A stretch of 64,000 nt of DNA from Thiobacillus sp. (lineage in GTDB: Bacteria > Pseudomonadota > Gammaproteobacteria > Burkholderiales > Thiobacillaceae). Shown one piece after another: positions 10,386-20,912 of the stretch. A program made the translations under genes and the position numbers. The notes under the pieces were generated by a model. That model saw only the letters and a program-made list of their open reading frames with translations, was not told where the DNA came from and made no database searches. Location: the NCBI RefSeq assembly GCF_018780105.1, contig NZ_JADMKC010000005.1:16482-80481 (forward strand), written 5' to 3'. The stretch's first letter is position 1; every line of letters starts with the position of its first letter.

Positions 10386-11652
10386 AATGGAAGTAACGGC
10401 TACGCCATTGGCCCCAGTCAGATTGGTACGGTTGCATCACGGGGGTGGGATCGACGACGCTGGGCGCGCGCAACAGCGGGAACTGCTGGCTGACCAGCCG
10501 CAGCGTCTGTACCGCCGGGCTGGCGAGCAGCAGCTTCATCATCGGGTGTTGCCAGGACAGACGGTCGACCAGATCGTTGGCCTCGTATTGCACATCGCCA
10601 ATGCCGTCGCCGTTGCGGTCCCAGCCCACATAGTTGCTCCAGAAGTTGCCACGGTCCTTGCCCCATATCACGTCCTGGCTGGCGACGTATTTGATCTGGG
10701 TACGGTTTGAGATGAAGTCGTTGCCGGTGACCTGGTTGTGGATCGAACCCGCCGCCAGATGCACGCCTGTGGTGTTGTCTACGATCAGGTTGTTGCGCAG
10801 GGTGTTGTACTCGGCATCGTAGATGAAGAAACCGCGTTCATTGCCCGCCACAATGTTGCCTTCGATGACCGAGTCCTGAATGGTGCGCAGCATGATGCCA
10901 TGATCCGAATTGCCCCAAGCGCGGTTATTGCGCACCACCTGATGGCGGGTCATCATCAGGGCGAGGCCGCCACGGTTGTGGTACGAGTCGTTGCCTTCCC
11001 ACACGTTGTAGTGGGAGTTCATGTAGTGGGTGCCGTAGCGGGAATGGTGGATGCGGTTGTTGCGGAATACTGCGTGGTGCGACACGTCGACGTAGATGCC
11101 GTCGCGCACGAAGCTGATGTTGTTGCCGATGATCTGCGCGCCTTCGGTGTTATAGAGCTGGATGCCGTTGCCGCGCCGGGGCGACCGATAATCGCGCTTG
11201 CCGGTGATGACATTGTTGCGGATCTCGACGTTCTTGGCCGTCTGGATATAAATGCCGAACAGGTTGTAGGTCAGGTCGCAGTTGCGCACCGCCGCGCGAT
11301 GCGCCCCCGGCTTGATGAAGATGCCGGCATTCTGGTCGATCAGTTCATCGCCCGAATCACGCACGATCAAGCCATCGATAACCACATCCTCTGCGGTGAT
11401 CCGGATCGTGTCGCCCTTGAAGCCGCCGCTCAGGGTAGGGCGGCCAATCCCTTTCAGCGTCAAGGGTTTGTCGATCACCAGTTGCTCCTGGTAATAGCCT
11501 TTTTCCACCCGGATCACGTCACCGGGCGAAGCCTGCACAATCGCCGCAGCGATGGACTGCCCTGTCTGCACGGTCAGTTCGGCAGCATCCCCGCTGCCGG
11601 CTGCCAGCAAGCAGAACCATGCAACCGCAAGCGGGGGGGGGCGGTAGCGCAT
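10375..11652 (-). CDS. nosD: NosD periplasmic maturation protein
   Basis: Parallel beta-helix repeats; RGNGIQLYN, SRYGTHYM, GNFWSNY.GWD; probable ATG at 11652 overlapping the nosR stop. Confidence 0.93.
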   Translation of the reverse strand: MRYRPPPLAVAWFCLLAAGSGDAAELTVQTGQSIAAAIVQASPGDVIRVEKGYYQEQLVIDKPLTLKGIGRPTLSGGFKGDTIRITAEDVVIDGLIVRDSGDELIDQNAGIFIKPGAHRAAVRNCDLTYNLFGIYIQTAKNVEIRNNVITGKRDYRSPRRGNGIQLYNTEGAQIIGNNISFVRDGIYVDVSHHAVFRNNRIHHSRYGTHYMNSHYNVWEGNDSYHNRGGLALMMTRHQVVRNNRAWGNSDHGIMLRTIQDSVIEGNIVAGNERGFFIYDAEYNTLRNNLIVDNTTGVHLAAGSIHNQVTGNDFISNRTQIKYVASQDVIWGKDRGNFWSNYVGWDRNGDGIGDVQYEANDLVDRLSWQHPMMKLLLASPAVQTLRLVSQQFPLLRAPSVVDPTPVMQPYQSDWGQWRSRYFHYEN

Positions 11653-14261
11653 CAATACAGCCATTGCAACGCTGGCAGGTCTTGCAGGAAGTCCAGCACG
11701 CCCATGCCTTTCATGACCAGGAACAAGGCGGCGGCGATCAGCAGGTTTTTGAACGCCACGTAGGCGGCCATGTCAGCCCAGGATGCCGGAACCAGATTGC
11801 GCCCCCACCAGGGGCCGTCTTTGACGTAGGGTTTGCAGCGCATGCGTACCACCATTTCGTACACGCTCCAGGCCAGCCACCAGCCCAGAATGATGCCGGG
11901 ACCAATACTGCCGGCCGCACCGAGCACCCACACCCAGGTCACCAGTATGGTGAGGGCGAACGTGGCTGCCTGCAGCAGGACCGGCTGCTGGAATACCTTG
12001 CGGCTCCAGGGGAACGCGTGGTCGAAGAACTCCTGCCCGATGAAGGCGGCCAGGCTTGGCCGCGCCGCAGCAGCAGGCGCCGCGACGACCGGGATGATGG
12101 GGATGAAGTAGCCGTCCGAACCGATCGCTGTCAGCGGCTCTCCGGCCTTGGTGCGGCGCTTGCGCTCCTGCGCCAGCGGTGGGCAGGCGTGGTCGTCGTA
12201 ATACAGCACCTGGCAGTCCAGACACAGCAGACATTCACGCTGGTCAATACGGCCCGAATCGTCGATGGCCTGGGATCCGCAGCCCACCTGGCACGCCGCA
12301 CATGGGCCACACTCTTGCTTGCGCTTGAGCCCCCACCAGCGGAACGTGGAGGGCACCGCCAGCGCTGCGCCGAGCGGGCACAGATACTTGCAGAACGGGC
12401 GCTCGAAAAAAGCCGAAGCGACAATCAAGACCGTCCAGAAAGTGACGAAAGGCCAGGAGCGGTTCCACACCCCGACCAGGAAAGTGGTTTTGAAGGGCTC
12501 GATTTCGGCGAGCTTTTCCGCCAGCCCGATGGAATAGAACGACACCCCGAGCAAAATCGCAAAAACGCCGTACTTGATCCATTTCAGGCGATCATGCCAG
12601 TTTTGCGGCAGCAGATGGCGCTGATAGCGCTTGAGGCCCAGTTTGCCGGCCACATGGTAGACCAGCTCGGCGAGCGAACCGTAGGGGCACATCCAGCCGC
12701 AAAACATCCCGCGTCCCCAGAAAAATACCGAGACGACAATGAAAATCCAGAACAGGAAGACGAACGGATCGGACAGGAACAATTCCCAGCGCCACTCGAA
12801 CAGGATGGCGTGGAACCAGGTCAGCACCTGCGTGATGGACGGCACGGCCAGCAGGTAAAACCCGACGAATCCGATCGACGTAGCCCATAGCAGGTATTTC
12901 GGGATGTCCTTCCAGCGCTTGTCTTTCATGGTTGAGCGACGAACCAGCTTGTCGCGCAATGCATACACCGTTCCCGCTGCGGTGAGCCAGAGCAGAAACA
13001 GGATGACCTCGACCTTGCGGGTTTTCCATACGGTCACCCAGGTCGCTTCCGGCTCGATGATTTCCGGACGGCCGCCTTCCAGATAGCGGCTGGGCAGCCA
13101 GTATTCCTGGTCGAAGTTGACGAAAGTCTTGGCGCGGGTTTGCCGATCCATCTTGTTGGCCAGAAACACCAGACTCCAGGGATAGGCCGCGCTGAATGTG
13201 GGCGAGCGGATGATGAAGATGGCCGACTCCCGGTAAGCGGGCGCACCGGCTGCCTTGATGTCGTAGAGATTGAGGTAATCCAGATCGCGGAAGGTGAAGG
13301 TATCGATGCCCTGGGCCACCTGCACCCGGTCATAAATCCCGCCGCGCACAAAGCCCGAGCCCTTGAACGATTCCACCCCGCTGGCGACGATAAAGATGGC
13401 ATGTTCGTCGGGCTTGAGCCGGGACATCAGGCTTTCGTAGACCGCGTCGCCGAGCACGCTACGCCCGACTCCCGGTGCGTTGAGGTAGCCAAAATACATA
13501 TCGATGTAGGGCTGGTCGGCACGGGGCATTCCGACCGCCTCGGTACTGACCTGAATGCGCTGGACGCTGCCTTCCTTGACCAGCTGACCCCAATCCAGTT
13601 TACCTTCGACCGGCCTGAACTTCGCCTGCGGCAGCACGGTGGGTTCGATGATGCCCACCTGCTTTGCAATGGCCAGGCCACTGCGAAGAATGACCTGGTT
13701 TTGGGCAATCACGGTCACCGTGGCTCCGGTGATGGCGTCCAGGCCGATCACGCCCTGATTCGGACGCCCTGCGCCCACTTCGATCTTTGAGCCGACAAAC
13801 TTGCCGAGGTATTGCTTGATGAACTTGGTGAGTTCCTCTTCCGGAATGCCCAGCAGCAGGATCGGCTCGGAGTGTTTGAGCACCCGAACGCCGGTGACGA
13901 TGCCCTGGGTATTCATGCCGATCAGGGTCACGACAGGTTTGCCTGAATAGGCGGGAATGTCGACGATGTCGGTGGAGAGAAAGACGTAACCAATCAGCTT
14001 GCGGTCGTTTTTCTCGCCAGGGTCGCTTTTCCTGCTCTGGTAGGCCTCGACATAGGCTGGCTTGCCCATGCGGTGGGAAAAACTGTCGGCACCGGGCAGC
14101 ACCTCCTTGCACGGGACGTACGCGCAGAGATCTGGATCGGTTGACAGCTGGACGGGCAGGGGCGCCTCATAACTTCCGCTTTCGCCAACGGCCAGACCCC
14201 ATGCGCAGATCAGGCAAAGCCCTGCCAGGAAACGGGTAAAAAAACCGGGGAGATAAGTCAT
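11652..14261 (-). CDS. nosR: NosR membrane FMN/Fe-S protein with C-terminal membrane extension
   Basis: FMN attachment motif DAITGAT; CGWMCP, CKYLCP, CGPCAACQVGC, CLLCLDC; ATG at 14261 (ORF open to 14303). Confidence 0.93.
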   Translation of the reverse strand: MTYLPGFFTRFLAGLCLICAWGLAVGESGSYEAPLPVQLSTDPDLCAYVPCKEVLPGADSFSHRMGKPAYVEAYQSRKSDPGEKNDRKLIGYVFLSTDIVDIPAYSGKPVVTLIGMNTQGIVTGVRVLKHSEPILLLGIPEEELTKFIKQYLGKFVGSKIEVGAGRPNQGVIGLDAITGATVTVIAQNQVILRSGLAIAKQVGIIEPTVLPQAKFRPVEGKLDWGQLVKEGSVQRIQVSTEAVGMPRADQPYIDMYFGYLNAPGVGRSVLGDAVYESLMSRLKPDEHAIFIVASGVESFKGSGFVRGGIYDRVQVAQGIDTFTFRDLDYLNLYDIKAAGAPAYRESAIFIIRSPTFSAAYPWSLVFLANKMDRQTRAKTFVNFDQEYWLPSRYLEGGRPEIIEPEATWVTVWKTRKVEVILFLLWLTAAGTVYALRDKLVRRSTMKDKRWKDIPKYLLWATSIGFVGFYLLAVPSITQVLTWFHAILFEWRWELFLSDPFVFLFWIFIVVSVFFWGRGMFCGWMCPYGSLAELVYHVAGKLGLKRYQRHLLPQNWHDRLKWIKYGVFAILLGVSFYSIGLAEKLAEIEPFKTTFLVGVWNRSWPFVTFWTVLIVASAFFERPFCKYLCPLGAALAVPSTFRWWGLKRKQECGPCAACQVGCGSQAIDDSGRIDQRECLLCLDCQVLYYDDHACPPLAQERKRRTKAGEPLTAIGSDGYFIPIIPVVAAPAAAARPSLAAFIGQEFFDHAFPWSRKVFQQPVLLQAATFALTILVTWVWVLGAAGSIGPGIILGWWLAWSVYEMVVRMRCKPYVKDGPWWGRNLVPASWADMAAYVAFKNLLIAAALFLVMKGMGVLDFLQDLPALQWLY

Positions 14262-14400
14262 GAAAGAATCAGAAGGCCTCGCTGCATCGCTTTGAACAAG
14301 CACAAAAAAGGCAGCGCCCCTGCGGACGCTGATTTGCTGCCGGATGATCGTAAAGGGTTCGTGCCGCGACTCGTCCCTCTACCGGGAACGGAGTCGCCGT

Positions 14401-16335
14401 TCAGGCCTCGACAATCATGCGGCTGCGCATTTCAAGATGCAGGGCGTGACAGAAGTGGGTGCAGTAACACCAGTAGACACCGGGCTTGTCGGCGATGAAG
14501 GTGACTGACTTGGTTTCCTGCGGGTTGACGATAAAGTTGATGTCGTACTTCGGCATTGCGAAACCGTGGGTCAGATCCTCCACCTTGTCGTGGTTGGTCA
14601 GAATGAGGGTCACTTCATCGCCCTTTTTGAGCTTGAATTCCCGCAGGCTGAAGGCCGGCGCCTGGCTGGTGAGCTTGACCGTCACCTTTTTGCCATTGCG
14701 GAAGACGCCTGATTCCGCTGGATCCTTCACTGCGTTCGGGAACTCGTCCATATCGTAGATCTGGCGCGTCTTGATGATGTCGCGGCGGACGATGATTGAG
14801 TCGTGCGGCTCAGAGAGCACCGAGTGGTCGTGCACCAGCTTCATTTTGTCGCCACTGATATCGATCAACTGTGCCGTCTCGCAGTGGAGAGGGCCTACAG
14901 GCAGGAAACGGTCCTTGGAGAACTTGTTGTCCGAGTTGAAGAAGCGGCCATCCGCTTCCCTTGTTTCGCCCATGGAGGTGAAGCCGTGGCCCGGCTGGTA
15001 ATGCACGTCGATACGGTCGACCACGGCCTTGGCAGTCTTGTCACCCTTGAATGCCTTGATCGCGGCTTCCACGTTCCACTTCACGATCTGGCTGTCGAGG
15101 AATAGCGTGGTGTAGGCATTGCCCTTGTTGTCGAATCCGGTGTGCAGCGGGCCGAGACCGATTTCGGGTTCTGCGACCACTGCGTCGCGTGCGTTAGGCA
15201 GTTCGCCGTCGAACCATTTCAGCACCAGTGCATGTTCGATCACTGAAGCAGTGGGAGAAAGCTTGCCCGAGCAGGCGTAATACTTGCCGTCCGGGCTGAT
15301 GTTCACGCCGTGCGGGTTCTTCGGGATCGGCACGTAGCAGGTCAGCGCGGTTTTCGGATCCTTGTTGGAAGCCCGTGTGCCGTCCACTACCGGAACCTTT
15401 GAGCTGCCGATGGTGGTGAACTTGCCGGCCTTGACGGCTTCTTCGACACGGGCCACGTTGAAGAACAGGCAGGCATCCATTTCGGCCGACATGGTTTCTT
15501 CATAATGGACGCCCATTTCGGTGTTGTACTGGTTGGTACAAGTCAGCTTGCCGTCGTAAGAGGTCGCCACCAGATCGCAGTTGCCATCAATCAGCACCTG
15601 CCAGCGCACATCCATGGTGTTGGAATCGATACAGGTGAACAGCGATTTGTACTTGCTGCCATCATCCATGTTGCGCCCGTCGTTGGGCAATGGAATCGAG
15701 AATTCTGCGCCACAGAACACACGGGTAGTGTGATTGATGCTGGCATCGACCGGGTCACGCTTGTCGGTGAAGGTGCCGTGAAAGCCCTGGATGTTGGGGA
15801 TTTCCGTAATCTTGTCGCATTCCATGGTGTCCATCCGGATGCGGGCCAGTCGGCCATGGATCTTGTCGTTCACGAACATGTACTTGCCGTCGTAGGTGCC
15901 GTCGGTGTAGGACTGGTGTACGTGGTGTGTGTCGCCGGTGGAGTATTTCAGAGAGCCATCGGGCCTGGTGCCGATGATGGCCTTGGATTCGTTGGTGATG
16001 CCCCAGCCCACCAGGTTGTCCGTGTTGAAGACCGGAATGCTCTTTAGTTGGCGACCGGATGGCAGGCCGTAGATGCGCACATCGCCGGAATGGCCGCCGC
16101 TCGAGAACGAGTAGTATTCATCGAGTTGGCCAGGTGGCACCTCATATGGGCTGTGCGTGGCTACTTCGCCTTTGGCGCTTGGCGCTTTCGCGCCTGGAGC
16201 CGATTCCTTGTTGCAGGCAGACAGACCAACAGACAGGCCGGCACCCGAGAGGCCGACAAGTGCGGCGGAGTTCAGAAATTTACGGCGTCCCAGATCGGGC
16301 TGGGTGTCGCGGTTTGTGGTGTCGTCCTGTGTCAT
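14401..16335 (-). CDS. nosZ: Nitrous oxide reductase, clade I (Tat-exported)
   Basis: Twin-Arg leader GRRKFL; CuZ His motifs (DTHH, KNPHG, GPLHT, HYQPGH, EPHD); CuA CTHFCHALHLEM. Confidence 0.98.
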   Translation of the reverse strand: MTQDDTTNRDTQPDLGRRKFLNSAALVGLSGAGLSVGLSACNKESAPGAKAPSAKGEVATHSPYEVPPGQLDEYYSFSSGGHSGDVRIYGLPSGRQLKSIPVFNTDNLVGWGITNESKAIIGTRPDGSLKYSTGDTHHVHQSYTDGTYDGKYMFVNDKIHGRLARIRMDTMECDKITEIPNIQGFHGTFTDKRDPVDASINHTTRVFCGAEFSIPLPNDGRNMDDGSKYKSLFTCIDSNTMDVRWQVLIDGNCDLVATSYDGKLTCTNQYNTEMGVHYEETMSAEMDACLFFNVARVEEAVKAGKFTTIGSSKVPVVDGTRASNKDPKTALTCYVPIPKNPHGVNISPDGKYYACSGKLSPTASVIEHALVLKWFDGELPNARDAVVAEPEIGLGPLHTGFDNKGNAYTTLFLDSQIVKWNVEAAIKAFKGDKTAKAVVDRIDVHYQPGHGFTSMGETREADGRFFNSDNKFSKDRFLPVGPLHCETAQLIDISGDKMKLVHDHSVLSEPHDSIIVRRDIIKTRQIYDMDEFPNAVKDPAESGVFRNGKKVTVKLTSQAPAFSLREFKLKKGDEVTLILTNHDKVEDLTHGFAMPKYDINFIVNPQETKSVTFIADKPGVYWCYCTHFCHALHLEMRSRMIVEA

Positions 16336-16624
16336 GATGGCCTGGCTCCCTATGTCAAGTTAACGGTTGCTGCCGGCTCGTAGATGGCAAGCTGCGATCC
16401 GGACCGAAAAAAAATGGCGGGGATGCATGTACCCGCTACTGCGTCAATATGTCGCACGCCCACATTAGCAAATATTGGGATAGATAAATCGAATTATCCG
16501 GGCGGGGCATGTGGCCAATACCCGCGTGGTGAGCCGACTGTGCTTATGCTTAATCGTGAAATAATGATTAACCAATTGTTTTGATTGAGGACATTTTTCC
16601 CGGTGTGACGTTATAGCGGCCTTA

Positions 16625-16645
16625 TACCTCTTTGGAGGTACCCAT
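16625..16645. promoter_or_regulatory. NarL-type 7-2-7 inverted heptamer plus overlapping extra heptamer
   Basis: TACCTCT-tt-GGAGGTA (16625-16640) and TACCCAT (16639-16645) match TACYYMT, between divergent nosZ and narXL. Confidence 0.7.
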
Positions 16646-16799
16646 TAATATCGGTCTGTTCATACCGTCTGCATAAGAAGCAAACTTAAAATCAAACGCC
16701 GGCATGGGCTGTTTGCGCTGGCGCGAAAGTGGGGCGGCGCAAATACTCTGCTTCTGAAGCTGGAATAAACCGCAATACCCGCGTAACAAGGAATAAGCG

Positions 16800-18728
16800 T
16801 TGACTGGATGGAGAAAACGGGTGCGCCATTTTCTGGGTAGGACCGCGCTGGGAAACACTTTGCAGAACTCGCTGCTGCTGCGGCTGGGCGGCATGTTTGT
16901 CGCCATCACCGTGCTGGCGGTGGCCAGCATGTCCACCTCGTGGATGGTGGCGGAGACCACCCAGGGCAGCGGCCAGGCGATCAATCTGGCGGGCAGCCTG
17001 CGCATGCAGAGCTGGCGCATGGCGTCGATCCATCAACAACTGCAGCAGACCGGCAGCCCCGGGTACCGGGACACGCTGCAACTGGCCATCGCCCGGTTTG
17101 AAAGCGACCTCCAGGCAGGCCCCATCCTGGCGGTGCTGCCGGACGATGAAACCATGCCGCTCAAGCAGGTGTACCGGCAGGTCGTCGACAGCTGGCACAC
17201 GCAGATCAAGCCCGGCCTGACCGAACCGGCGGCCGCAACGGACACGGCACTGCTGCAGCAGATTCCCGCATTCGTCGCCCGCATCAACGATCTGGTCAAA
17301 CAGATCGAGGATGCCGCCGAAGCGAAAATCCTCGTCATGCGCGTCATCCTCGGCGCGGCGGTCGTCGCCACGCTGCTGGTGGTGATCCTCTCCATCTATC
17401 TGGTCAACAACATCCTGGTTCACCCGTTGCGTGACCTGCTGGGTCTGGCCGACCGGATCGGCCAGGGCGATCTGGCGGCGCGCACCGATCTGGCCGGTGA
17501 AGACGAGATCGGACGGCTGGGGCAGGCCTTCAACCATATGGCGGAAGACCTCTCCAAGCTCTACCAGAATCTGGAAGCGCGCGTGGCGGAAAAGACCGCA
17601 GAGCTCACCATCGCCAATCGCTCGCTAGAACTTCTCTACCACTCGATCGCACGGCTGTATAACGGCCCGGTGGCGCCGGACACTTACGCCATCCTGCTCA
17701 AGGATCTGGAAAACGTACTGGGCGTGGGCCACGGTCAGGCTTGTCTGGTCGAGGCCGGCGAGTCGCACGCACGGATGATTGCGACGACGCTGGAACCCGC
17801 GCGTGGCGACGTCGATGTATGCGGTCTCATGAGTTGCGCCGAATGTCTGGCCAGCCCGTCGCTGGCCGTGCATGCGCTCAAAAACGGCAGCCGCGTGCTG
17901 TCGCTGCCGCTGCAGGACACCGAGCACCATTACGGCGTGCTGCAACTGGAAATGCCGCCCGGCAAGGAGCTGGTGGCCTGGCAGACTCAGTTGCTGGATG
18001 CGCTGTCGCGCCATATCGGCATTGCCATCGGCACCGCACGCCGCGCCGAACAAAGCCGCCGGCTGTCGCTGCTGGAAGAGCGCGCCGCACTGGCGCGCGA
18101 ACTGCACGACTCGCTGGCGCAGTCGCTGGCCTACATGAAAATCCAGGTCAGCCGCCTGAAGCCGCTGGTCGAACGCTCAGGCGCAGGCAGCGAGGCGGGC
18201 GAGGTGCTGGCCGAGTTGCGCGAGGGACTCAACAGTGCCTACCGCCAGTTGCGCGAGCTGCTCACCACCTTCCGTCTGCGCATCGAGGGCGAGGGACTGG
18301 CTGCCGCACTGGAAACGACGGTCGCCGAATTCTCCGGTCGCGGCAACATTCCCATTCGGCTGGACGTGCATCTGGCGGGCTGTACGCTCAGCCCCAACGA
18401 GGAAATCCATGCCCTGCAGATCGTGCGCGAGGCGCTGTCCAATGTGCTCAACCATGCCCAGGCGAAGCAGGCCGAGGTCAAGGTGCAGTGCAACAGCGAC
18501 GGCTCGGTGTCGGCCACCGTCACCGATGACGGCATCGGCATCCAGCAAAGCGCAGGAGTGCATCATTACGGCATGACCATCATGGACGAGCGGGCGAAAA
18601 ATCTGGGCGGTCAGCTGAGCGTCGAGAATTTGCCCGCATTGGGCACTCGCGTGACCCTGCATTTCATGCCGGCAAGCCGTCGCGAGACGATCATTCCCAT
18701 CCACCCTGTACACGCCAACGACGCATGA
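16800..18728 (+). CDS. narX: Nitrate/nitrite sensor histidine kinase NarX/NarQ
   Basis: P-box AINLAGSLRMQSW, HAMP, LARELHDSLAQSL H-box, HATPase; start codon uncertain (TTG 16800 or GTG 16821). Confidence 0.9.
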   Translation: MTGWRKRVRHFLGRTALGNTLQNSLLLRLGGMFVAITVLAVASMSTSWMVAETTQGSGQAINLAGSLRMQSWRMASIHQQLQQTGSPGYRDTLQLAIARFESDLQAGPILAVLPDDETMPLKQVYRQVVDSWHTQIKPGLTEPAAATDTALLQQIPAFVARINDLVKQIEDAAEAKILVMRVILGAAVVATLLVVILSIYLVNNILVHPLRDLLGLADRIGQGDLAARTDLAGEDEIGRLGQAFNHMAEDLSKLYQNLEARVAEKTAELTIANRSLELLYHSIARLYNGPVAPDTYAILLKDLENVLGVGHGQACLVEAGESHARMIATTLEPARGDVDVCGLMSCAECLASPSLAVHALKNGSRVLSLPLQDTEHHYGVLQLEMPPGKELVAWQTQLLDALSRHIGIAIGTARRAEQSRRLSLLEERAALARELHDSLAQSLAYMKIQVSRLKPLVERSGAGSEAGEVLAELREGLNSAYRQLRELLTTFRLRIEGEGLAAALETTVAEFSGRGNIPIRLDVHLAGCTLSPNEEIHALQIVREALSNVLNHAQAKQAEVKVQCNSDGSVSATVTDDGIGIQQSAGVHHYGMTIMDERAKNLGGQLSVENLPALGTRVTLHFMPASRRETIIPIHPVHANDA

Positions 18729-19384
18729 ATCCAGCCGAACCCCAGACCCTCCTGATCGTCGACGACCACCCGCTGTTTCGCAAAGGGGTGATCCAGCTGA
18801 TCCAGGCGACACCCGAATTCCGTCTGGTCGGCGAGGCCCCCAGCGGCAAAGAGGGCATGTCGCTCGCGCGTAGCCTGCTTCCCGACATGATCCTGCTCGA
18901 CCTTAACATGAAGGACATGAGCGGAATCGAGGTGCTGAAAACACTGAAGGATGAGGGGCTCGATGCGCGCATCATCATGCTGACCGTTTCCGATCACGCT
19001 GACGATCTGATGGCCGCCCTGCAGGCCGGCGCCGACGGCTATCTGCTGAAGGACATGGAGCCGGAAGACCTGATGCAGCAACTGGTCGAGGCGGCGCACG
19101 GCAAGATCACCATCAGCGAACGCCTCACGCAATTGCTGGTGGCCTCGCTACGCGAAAAGAGCCGCCCCCCGAGTCCTGCCGAAGCCGGGCTGACCGATCA
19201 GGAAAACCGCATCCTCGAACACCTGATCGCCGGCAAGAGCAACAAGCTGATTGCCCGCGACATGGACATCGCCGAGGGCACGGTGAAAGTGCATGTCAAA
19301 CACCTGCTGAAGAAACTCAACCTGCGTTCGCGCGTGGAAGCCGCGGTGTGGGCGGATCGCTGCCGGCGCCAGGGCAAGACATGA
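18725..19384 (+). CDS. narL: NarL/NarP response regulator
   Basis: REC (DDHP, LLDLNM) plus LuxR HTH (SNKLIAR...EGTVKVHVKHLLKKL); ATGA-coupled to narX. Confidence 0.9.
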   Translation: MNPAEPQTLLIVDDHPLFRKGVIQLIQATPEFRLVGEAPSGKEGMSLARSLLPDMILLDLNMKDMSGIEVLKTLKDEGLDARIIMLTVSDHADDLMAALQAGADGYLLKDMEPEDLMQQLVEAAHGKITISERLTQLLVASLREKSRPPSPAEAGLTDQENRILEHLIAGKSNKLIARDMDIAEGTVKVHVKHLLKKLNLRSRVEAAVWADRCRRQGKT

Positions 19385-19447
19385 GCGTGTTTGCCGCGAC
19401 CGCTCCGGCTAGAATACGCGTATGACGCCACCCGCCGCATCCCAGCC

Positions 19448-19822
19448 ATGACTGCCTTTCTTGCCGTGGGCATTGGCGCCGCACTCGGCGCCTGGCTGCG
19501 CTGGGGTCTCGGGCTGTGGCTCAACCCGGTCTACCCCGCGATGCCGCTCGGCACCCTGGCCGCCAATCTGGTCGGCGGCTATTTCATCGGCCTGATCATC
19601 GCCTGGTTTGCCGAGCATCCTGGCCTGCCGCCCGAGGCGCGGCTGTTCCTGATCACCGGCCTGCTCGGCGGCCTCACCACCTTCTCCACCTTTTCCGCCG
19701 AAGTCGTCACCGCGCTGATGCGCGGCCTCTGGGTCACCGGCGGCCTGATCGCCTTTAGCCACATGGCCGGCTCTTTCCTGGCGACCGGGCTGGGGTTTTA
19801 CAGCATGAGGCTCTTCAAATGA
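19448..19822 (+). CDS. crcB: Fluoride channel Fluc/CrcB
   Basis: [35 protein letters not shown]. Confidence 0.95.
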   Translation: MTAFLAVGIGAALGAWLRWGLGLWLNPVYPAMPLGTLAANLVGGYFIGLIIAWFAEHPGLPPEARLFLITGLLGGLTTFSTFSAEVVTALMRGLWVTGGLIAFSHMAGSFLATGLGFYSMRLFK

Positions 19823-20130
19823 ATTGCGTGTGCCTGCAGGTTTTTGTCAGCGAATCCAGCCGCCATCACGGCAAGCTCACCTACGAATGGCTGCTCGATA
19901 CGGCGCAGCACATCGGGGTAACAGGCGGGTCGGCGTTTCAGGCCATCGCCGGATTCGGCCGTTCGCATCGGCACGATGCGGGCTTCTTCGAGCTGGCGGG
20001 CGAATTGCCGGTGGTGGTCGAGTTCTTTGTCGAGGCGGCTGTCGCGGACCAGTTGCTGCAAGCGATCGGTGCAGCCGGGCTGAAGCTGGTGTACACAAAA
20101 CTGCCCGCTGAAATCGGCATCACCGGCTGA
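19819..20130 (+). CDS. DUF190 PII-like protein
   Basis: [34 protein letters not shown]; usual crcB neighbour. Confidence 0.85.
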   Translation: MNCVCLQVFVSESSRHHGKLTYEWLLDTAQHIGVTGGSAFQAIAGFGRSHRHDAGFFELAGELPVVVEFFVEAAVADQLLQAIGAAGLKLVYTKLPAEIGITG

Positions 20131-20148
20131 CGCATGCCCCCTTGAATT

Positions 20149-20904
20149 ATGCTCGACCAGATCATCCTGTTCGTCGCCTCGCTGGCGGCGAATTTTTTTT
20201 CGGCCCTGTCGGGTGGCGGCGCCGGGCTGATCCAGTTCCCGATGCTGATTTTTCTGGGGTTGAGTTTCGGCACCGCGCTCGCCACCCACAAGATCGCCAG
20301 CGTTGCGCTCGGCCTCGGCGCGACGCTGAGGCACCTCAGGGAGTCGCATCTCGAACGCCGCTTCTCGCTGATCATTCTGGGTGCCGGCCTGCCCGGCGTG
20401 GTGCTGGGCGCGCTCACCATCCTGCATATTCCCGAACGCGCCGCCACGCTGGCGCTGGGCGTGCTGACGCTGGGGCTGGGGGTGTATTCGGTGTTCAAGC
20501 CCCGGCTCGGCATGGAACATGCGCCCCGAAACCAGCAGGGCAGGGCACTCGCCGGCGGCATGGCAGGGCTGTTCGCGGTCGGCTTCCTCAACGGCTCGAT
20601 CACCAGCGGCACCGGCCTCTTTCTCACCGTCTGGCTGATTCGTTATTTCGGACTCGACTACACCCGCGCGGTCGCCTACACGCTGATTCTCTGTGGCCTG
20701 GTGTGGAACGGCACCGGCGCGCTGGTGCTGGGCGTCATCGGTACCGTGGCGTGGAGCTGGATGCCGGCGCTGCTGGCGGGCTCGATCATCGGCGGCTATC
20801 TCGGCAGCCACCTGGCGATCAAGAAGGGCAACCTGTGGATCAAGCGCTCGTTTGAAATTGTGACGATCCTGATCGGCCTGAAGCTGATCTTTGGCTCGTT
20901 GTAG
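20149..20904 (+). CDS. Sulfite exporter TauE/SafE (TSUP) family protein
   Basis: SALSGGGAGL, ALATHK, GSITSGTG; multiple TM segments. Confidence 0.85.
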   Translation: MLDQIILFVASLAANFFSALSGGGAGLIQFPMLIFLGLSFGTALATHKIASVALGLGATLRHLRESHLERRFSLIILGAGLPGVVLGALTILHIPERAATLALGVLTLGLGVYSVFKPRLGMEHAPRNQQGRALAGGMAGLFAVGFLNGSITSGTGLFLTVWLIRYFGLDYTRAVAYTLILCGLVWNGTGALVLGVIGTVAWSWMPALLAGSIIGGYLGSHLAIKKGNLWIKRSFEIVTILIGLKLIFGSL

Positions 20905-20912
20905 TTTCTCAG

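Noticed and set aside
16336-16799. FNR/DNR box for nosZ
   Set aside because: The best candidate, TTGATTGAGGACAT, matches one half-site only.
19385-19447. Fluoride riboswitch upstream of crcB
   Set aside because: Only a partial ATGACGCC match; the 5' GGCGATGG-like element and pseudoknot are missing and the space is too short.
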